Shown piece after piece: positions 59,535 to 64,000 of a stretch of 64,000 nucleotides of DNA; the first letter of the stretch is position 1; each line of letters opens with the position of its first letter. This stretch comes from Nitrospinaceae bacterium UBA7883 (GTDB taxonomy: Bacteria > Nitrospinota_A > UBA7883). Location of the stretch: assembly GCA_002500605.1 (NCBI GenBank), contig DLRR01000012.1, positions 137,265 to 201,264 on the forward strand. The letters run 5' to 3'. Below the pieces are notes generated by a model. That model did not search any database and was not told where the DNA came from. It saw only the letters and a list, made by a program, of their open reading frames with translations. A program made the translations under genes and the position numbers.

Positions 59535-61127
59535 ATGAGTATAGCTAAAGTACTTGTTAGCGACAAGCTATCTGAAAATGGAATCAAAATTCTTCGGGAC
59601 ACTCCAGGAATAGAAGTAGACGTTAAGACTGGGATGAGCCCAGATGAACTATTACAAGTAATACCGCAATATAACGGACTAATCATTCGATCGGCCACTA
59701 AAGTTACGACCGAAGTTCTGGATGCGGCTACCAACCTTAAGGTAGTCGGACGCGCAGGTATTGGAGTTGATAACGTTGACATAAAAGCTGCTTCTGCTAA
59801 GGGAGTAGTCGTAATGAACACACCAGGTGGAAATACCAATACAACCGCTGAGCATGCCATAAGCATGATGATGGCTCTATGCCGCCAAATTCCTCAGGCA
59901 ACGGCCTCAGTAAAAGGTGGAAAGTGGGAAAAGAAGAGGTTCATGGGCATGGAACTTTTCAACAAGACCCTTGGAGTTGTTGGTATAGGTCGTATAGGAT
60001 CAATTGTTGTTGCTAGGGCCAGAGGATTAGCGATGAAGGTTATAGCCTTTGATCCATTTATTTCTGATGAAGCCGCTGAAAAAATGGCTGTTGAAAAAGT
60101 GACACTAGATGATCTTTTCGCTAGAGCAGATATAATTTCCTGCCATACCCCTCTTACTGATGAAACCAGACACATTATAGGTGACGAGGCTTTCGCAAAA
60201 ATGAAAGATGGTGTGCGAATAATAAACTGTGCCCGTGGTGGGATTGTTGATGAAACTGCACTAGCAAAGGCAATCAAGTCCGGAAAGGTGGCTGGAGCAG
60301 CGATAGATGTTTTTGAAACGGAACCACCGGACCCTGAGCTTGAACTTTTAGAAATGGAAGAGGTAATATTTACTCCACACCTCGGCGCTTCGACAAGCGA
60401 GGCTCAGGAAAAAGTTGCTTTAGCTGTTGCCGAACAGTTTGTGGAATTTTTCAATAATGGGATGATAATAAACGCCATAAACATGCCACAAATTGACCCA
60501 GAACAGTTAGCAAAGGTGAGACCTTATCTTTCACTTGCAGAACAGATGGGAGCGTTTACTGCCCAAATTGCCGAAGGTGGGCTAAAAAGAGTACAGATTG
60601 AATATATGGGTGAATTGTCCAATGTGGATCAGAGGCCAATTACCCAGGCAATCTTAAAAGGCATACTGACTTGTTATGTTGGACCATCTGTTAATTTAGT
60701 TAACGCACCATACCTAGCTGACTCAAGAGGTGTTACTGTTTCAGCAGCCACCAGCTCAGTTAAACGAAACTTTGCATCCCTTCTTGGATTGCGATTAATC
60801 ACTGAAACTGATGATGTTTACGTGGAAGGCACCGTATTTATTAGTGGAAAGCCTCGTCTGGTTAAACTGCAGGAAGTAATAATAGAAGCCCAACTCGAAG
60901 GGAACATGATTATTTTCACTAATGATGATAAACCGGGAGTAATAGGTAATGTTGGAGCATACTTAGGGGATGCTGGAGTAAACATTGCCGCTTTTCACCT
61001 TGGTAGGGAGAGCGTTGGAGGCAGAGCCATATCGATAGTAAATGTGGATCAGCAGCCAACTCAAAGTCAACTAAGTGAGCTAGGTAAAATTGAAAATATT
61101 ATTGATGTTAAGTTAGCCAGCCTTTAG
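59535..61127 (+). CDS. serA: D-3-phosphoglycerate dehydrogenase (ASB+ACT type)
   Basis: [39 protein letters not shown]; C-terminal [12 protein letters not shown]. Confidence 0.96.
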   Translation: MSIAKVLVSDKLSENGIKILRDTPGIEVDVKTGMSPDELLQVIPQYNGLIIRSATKVTTEVLDAATNLKVVGRAGIGVDNVDIKAASAKGVVVMNTPGGNTNTTAEHAISMMMALCRQIPQATASVKGGKWEKKRFMGMELFNKTLGVVGIGRIGSIVVARARGLAMKVIAFDPFISDEAAEKMAVEKVTLDDLFARADIISCHTPLTDETRHIIGDEAFAKMKDGVRIINCARGGIVDETALAKAIKSGKVAGAAIDVFETEPPDPELELLEMEEVIFTPHLGASTSEAQEKVALAVAEQFVEFFNNGMIINAINMPQIDPEQLAKVRPYLSLAEQMGAFTAQIAEGGLKRVQIEYMGELSNVDQRPITQAILKGILTCYVGPSVNLVNAPYLADSRGVTVSAATSSVKRNFASLLGLRLITETDDVYVEGTVFISGKPRLVKLQEVIIEAQLEGNMIIFTNDDKPGVIGNVGAYLGDAGVNIAAFHLGRESVGGRAISIVNVDQQPTQSQLSELGKIENIIDVKLASL

Positions 61128-61151
61128 TTAGCTTAAGTTAAGCTAATTAAA
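61123..61151. repeat. Near-perfect palindrome between serA and purA
   Basis: TTTA-G-TTAGCTTAA-G-TTAAGCTAA-T-TAAA; perfect 9 bp arms around one base, extended by 4 bp after one mismatch. Confidence 0.75.
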
Positions 61152-61191
61152 TTCTATGACAAAATGATTGTTCTCACTTAAGGGGGAGGTA

Positions 61192-62469
61192 ATGTCCGTT
61201 CAAGCCATCATTGGTGTCCAGTGGGGCGATGAGGGTAAAGGAAAAATCGTCGACATTTTATCAGAGGATAAAGATGTTATTGCTAGATATGCCGGTGGCG
61301 CAAATGCGGGCCATACTGTTGTAGTAGCTGACCAAGAGTACGTTCTTCACCTTATCCCATCCGGAATCCTACGTAAAGGTAAGATCTGCGTAATAGGCAA
61401 CGGAGTTGTTTTAGACCCTGATGCTTTCCTTACCGAAATAGAGATTCTTGGCGAGAAAGGCATCGAGGTTGATGGGTCATTATTTATTAGCCAAAAAGCA
61501 CATCTAATAATGCCTTATCACAAGCAACTCGACAAAGCTTCGGAAAGTGGCGAAACCATAGGGGTAAAAATTGGAACTACTGGCAGAGGAATAGGTCCAG
61601 CATACTCAGACAAGGCCTCACGTCTAGGTATCCGAGTGGCAGACCTGTTGAAACCGGATTATCTAAAAACCCGTGTAGAGCATGCCGCTGAAATAAAAAA
61701 CACTGTACTGAAGCAATATTATGGACAAAAACCGTTAGATACTGCTCAGATCGTTGAGCAGTACCTTGGGTATGCTGAAAAGCTAAAAGGGTTCATTGCC
61801 GATTGCGGACCTTTAGTAAGAAAAGCTATTCAAGATGGAAAAAAAGTTTTGGCTGAAGGAGCCCAAGGAACCATGCTCGATATAGACCACGGAACCTACC
61901 CTTTTGTAACGTCTTCAAACGCAAGCATCTCTGGTGTCTGCTCTGGGCTCGGGATACCACCAAAGGATATCTCGAACATCTTAGGTATTATGAAAGCTTA
62001 TACAACAAGGGTTGGGGAAGGACCATTGCCGACAGAACTAAATGACAAAGTTGGTAAGCAATTACGAGAACATGGGGGCGAATTTGGAGCAACCACTGGT
62101 AGGCCAAGACGCTGTGGTTGGCTTGATGGAGTAGTGGGAAGATTTTCAGTAGCAATCAATGGAATGGATACTATTGCCCTAACAAAACTTGATGTGTTGG
62201 ATCACTTTGCGGAGTTAAAAATCTGCATTGGGTATAGAATAGATGGTGTGGTTCACAATGAAATGCCAGATGACACTGACCTAGTAGCAAGAGCGGAACC
62301 AGTTTACGAAAATCACCGTGGTTGGATGAGCAAGACGGCAGGCATGGATAAGTATGATCAACTGCCAGATGAGGCAAAAAGGTATGTAGACAGAGTTGAA
62401 GAAGTTGTTGGAACTTCTGTGAGCATAATATCTACTGGGCAAGCGCGGGACTCTGTAATAGTAAGGTAA
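61192..62469 (+). CDS. purA: Adenylosuccinate synthetase
   Basis: QWGDEGKGK, GGANAGHT, GTTGRGIGP, EGAQG, GTYPFVTSS, TTGRPRRCGW, TKLDVL; ATG 61192 after GGGGGAGG RBS. Confidence 0.98.
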   Translation: MSVQAIIGVQWGDEGKGKIVDILSEDKDVIARYAGGANAGHTVVVADQEYVLHLIPSGILRKGKICVIGNGVVLDPDAFLTEIEILGEKGIEVDGSLFISQKAHLIMPYHKQLDKASESGETIGVKIGTTGRGIGPAYSDKASRLGIRVADLLKPDYLKTRVEHAAEIKNTVLKQYYGQKPLDTAQIVEQYLGYAEKLKGFIADCGPLVRKAIQDGKKVLAEGAQGTMLDIDHGTYPFVTSSNASISGVCSGLGIPPKDISNILGIMKAYTTRVGEGPLPTELNDKVGKQLREHGGEFGATTGRPRRCGWLDGVVGRFSVAINGMDTIALTKLDVLDHFAELKICIGYRIDGVVHNEMPDDTDLVARAEPVYENHRGWMSKTAGMDKYDQLPDEAKRYVDRVEEVVGTSVSIISTGQARDSVIVR

Positions 62470-62544
62470 ACAAGTTAGCCAAAACAAAATTTCTAACTCT
62501 GAGAAAATGTCAACAGCTTTCTAGATTCCTTCCAGGAGTAAAAT

Positions 62545-63918
62545 ATGGCCCTAGCCGATTCACATTGCCACTTAAATGACCAGGCCTTTGATGAAGATCG
62601 AGATGAAGTAATTGAAAGATCCCGTAAATCTGGAGTGGAAATTATCCTCAATGTTGGCTACAGCATTGAAAACAGCCACAAGGCCATTGTGCTGGCAGAA
62701 AAATATCAAGGCATGTATGCATCAGTTGGAATCCATCCGCATCACGCTTCAACTGTTACTAAAAAGTCCATCAGGGAATTAAAGGAAATGGCTGAGCACC
62801 CGATGGTTATCGCTATTGGTGAAACTGGACTCGATTATTACCGCAATCAATCCCCTAAGAATGACCAAGTCAAATCATTTCGCACCCATATAAATCTGGC
62901 AAAAGAAACGAGTAAACCTGTGATTGTGCACTGCCGAGATGCCATGGAAGATACGCTGAAGATTTTAAGTAAAGAACGAATAAAAAAAGTATGTGGGGTC
63001 ATGCATTGCTATAGCGGAACAGATTCAGATGTGTCAACAATATTAGATCTTGGAATGTATATTTCATTTTCTGCTAACATCACCTATCCAAAAGCCCATC
63101 TGCTTCGTGATGCAATGATGGCTACCCCTGGCCATCGTCTACTATTGGAAACAGACTCTCCATACCTAGCTCCACAAAAGAAAAGAGGCACACGGAACGA
63201 GCCTTCAAATTTAGCAATATTGGCAGACAATGCTGCCCGGATCCGTGGGATTAGCAGAGAGGATATAGAAAGGATTAGTGTTTCAAACTTTAAAACACTA
63301 TTCAATATTGAAGATACGGGAAACGGAAGGATAACGTATAAAATTAGAAACTCACTCTATGTAAATGTGACAAAAGAATGCACCAACGAGTGTTCTTTTT
63401 GTACTAGGTTTTACTCTGATAGCGTCCAAGGGCACAATCTTCGAATAACGCATGATCCAACTGCAATCCAAATGATTAAAGCTATTGGTGACCCTTCCAT
63501 TTACGATGAGATAGTATTTTGTGGTTTTGGAGAGCCTACACTACATTTGGATCGCATATTGGAAGTAGCGAAATCGGTTAAGAAACAGGGTGGAAAAGTG
63601 AGGCTTAACACCAACGGACATGGGTCAATAATAGCTAATCAAGATATTACCCCCGCGTTGTCAAAAGTAGTAGATCATATCTCGGTATCAATGAATGCAG
63701 CCGACAAAGATACCTACGACAATATTTGCCAACCGTTGATGCCAAACGCCTTCGACTCTATGCTGAAATTTATTAAAGATGCCAAAAAATGTGGGATTAA
63801 AGTTACCGCATCGGTGGTTGCTATACCGGATAAAGTTGATGTAGAAAAGTGTCGAAAACTGGCTGAAGTCGAATTGGGCGTTAGGTTTAGGGTGCGCAAT
63901 TATAACTTAGTTGGATAG
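62545..63918 (+). CDS. TatD-family nuclease fused to a C-terminal TatD-associated radical SAM domain
   Basis: DSHCH, GIHPH, IGETGLDY, HCR, HCY, ETDSPYL, NEP; then LYVNVT..CTNECSFC, FCGFGEP, RLNTNG. Confidence 0.92.
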   Translation: MALADSHCHLNDQAFDEDRDEVIERSRKSGVEIILNVGYSIENSHKAIVLAEKYQGMYASVGIHPHHASTVTKKSIRELKEMAEHPMVIAIGETGLDYYRNQSPKNDQVKSFRTHINLAKETSKPVIVHCRDAMEDTLKILSKERIKKVCGVMHCYSGTDSDVSTILDLGMYISFSANITYPKAHLLRDAMMATPGHRLLLETDSPYLAPQKKRGTRNEPSNLAILADNAARIRGISREDIERISVSNFKTLFNIEDTGNGRITYKIRNSLYVNVTKECTNECSFCTRFYSDSVQGHNLRITHDPTAIQMIKAIGDPSIYDEIVFCGFGEPTLHLDRILEVAKSVKKQGGKVRLNTNGHGSIIANQDITPALSKVVDHISVSMNAADKDTYDNICQPLMPNAFDSMLKFIKDAKKCGIKVTASVVAIPDKVDVEKCRKLAEVELGVRFRVRNYNLVG

Positions 63919-64000
63919 CAAACAATGGCTATAGTTTTACATCATTTCTCAGCCCGAAATGACCAAAAGAGCACCCTTTATAATGTCTTCCAAGCTTGAG

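Noticed and set aside
1-64000. CRISPR arrays, tRNA/rRNA, IS elements, prophage, defence islands and remaining short overlapping ORFs in the track
   Set aside because: No repeat-spacer periodicity, cloverleaf, transposase or integrase seen by eye; short ORFs overlap well-supported genes. A tRNAscan/Rfam run would be needed to exclude small RNAs

Overview
AT-rich, gene-dense bacterial core-genome segment with about 55 CDS. I recognised no rRNA, tRNA, CRISPR array, prophage or IS element. Gene content and order suggest a Nitrospinota/Desulfobacterota-like lineage (inference only). Order: selA; B12-type radical SAM fusion-rodA-mrdA-PMM; dusB; Tat/lipoprotein M48 protease; mfd-two SurA-like PPIases-ThiI-like thiolase-cysteine desulfurase; GH57-hisD-hisC-NUDIX; Moco genes (moaD-moaE-mobA / mobB-tatA-moaC); bactofilin-recO-era; ccmA-B-D-C; ffh-rpsP-khpA-rimM-trmD-SPOUT-rplS; AsmA-methyltransferase-DUF3108-nadE-pyruvoyl arginine decarboxylase; asd-leuB; small XRE regulator; etfB-etfA-FixCX-like; Sua5/YciO-thrS-yajQ-phzF; nucleosidase-GAF kinase-atypical sigma54 regulator; RDD; aminotransferase-serA-purA-TatD/radical SAM fusion. 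Two small genes missed by the ORF track (tatA, ccmD) were read directly. The best leads are: (i) a coupled nucleosidase + Cys-rich cytoplasmic GAF kinase + enhancer-binding protein whose GAFTGA loop reads NVATGV, with a structured upstream region; (ii) a FixABCX-like ETF with bifurcating-type motifs and an 8-Cys FixCX fusion; (iii) an A9 tract separating the NUDIX CPKCG N-terminus from its likely start; (iv) a lipoprotein whose signal peptide has no in-frame ATG/GTG/TTG. All family calls come from motif recognition, not database searches.
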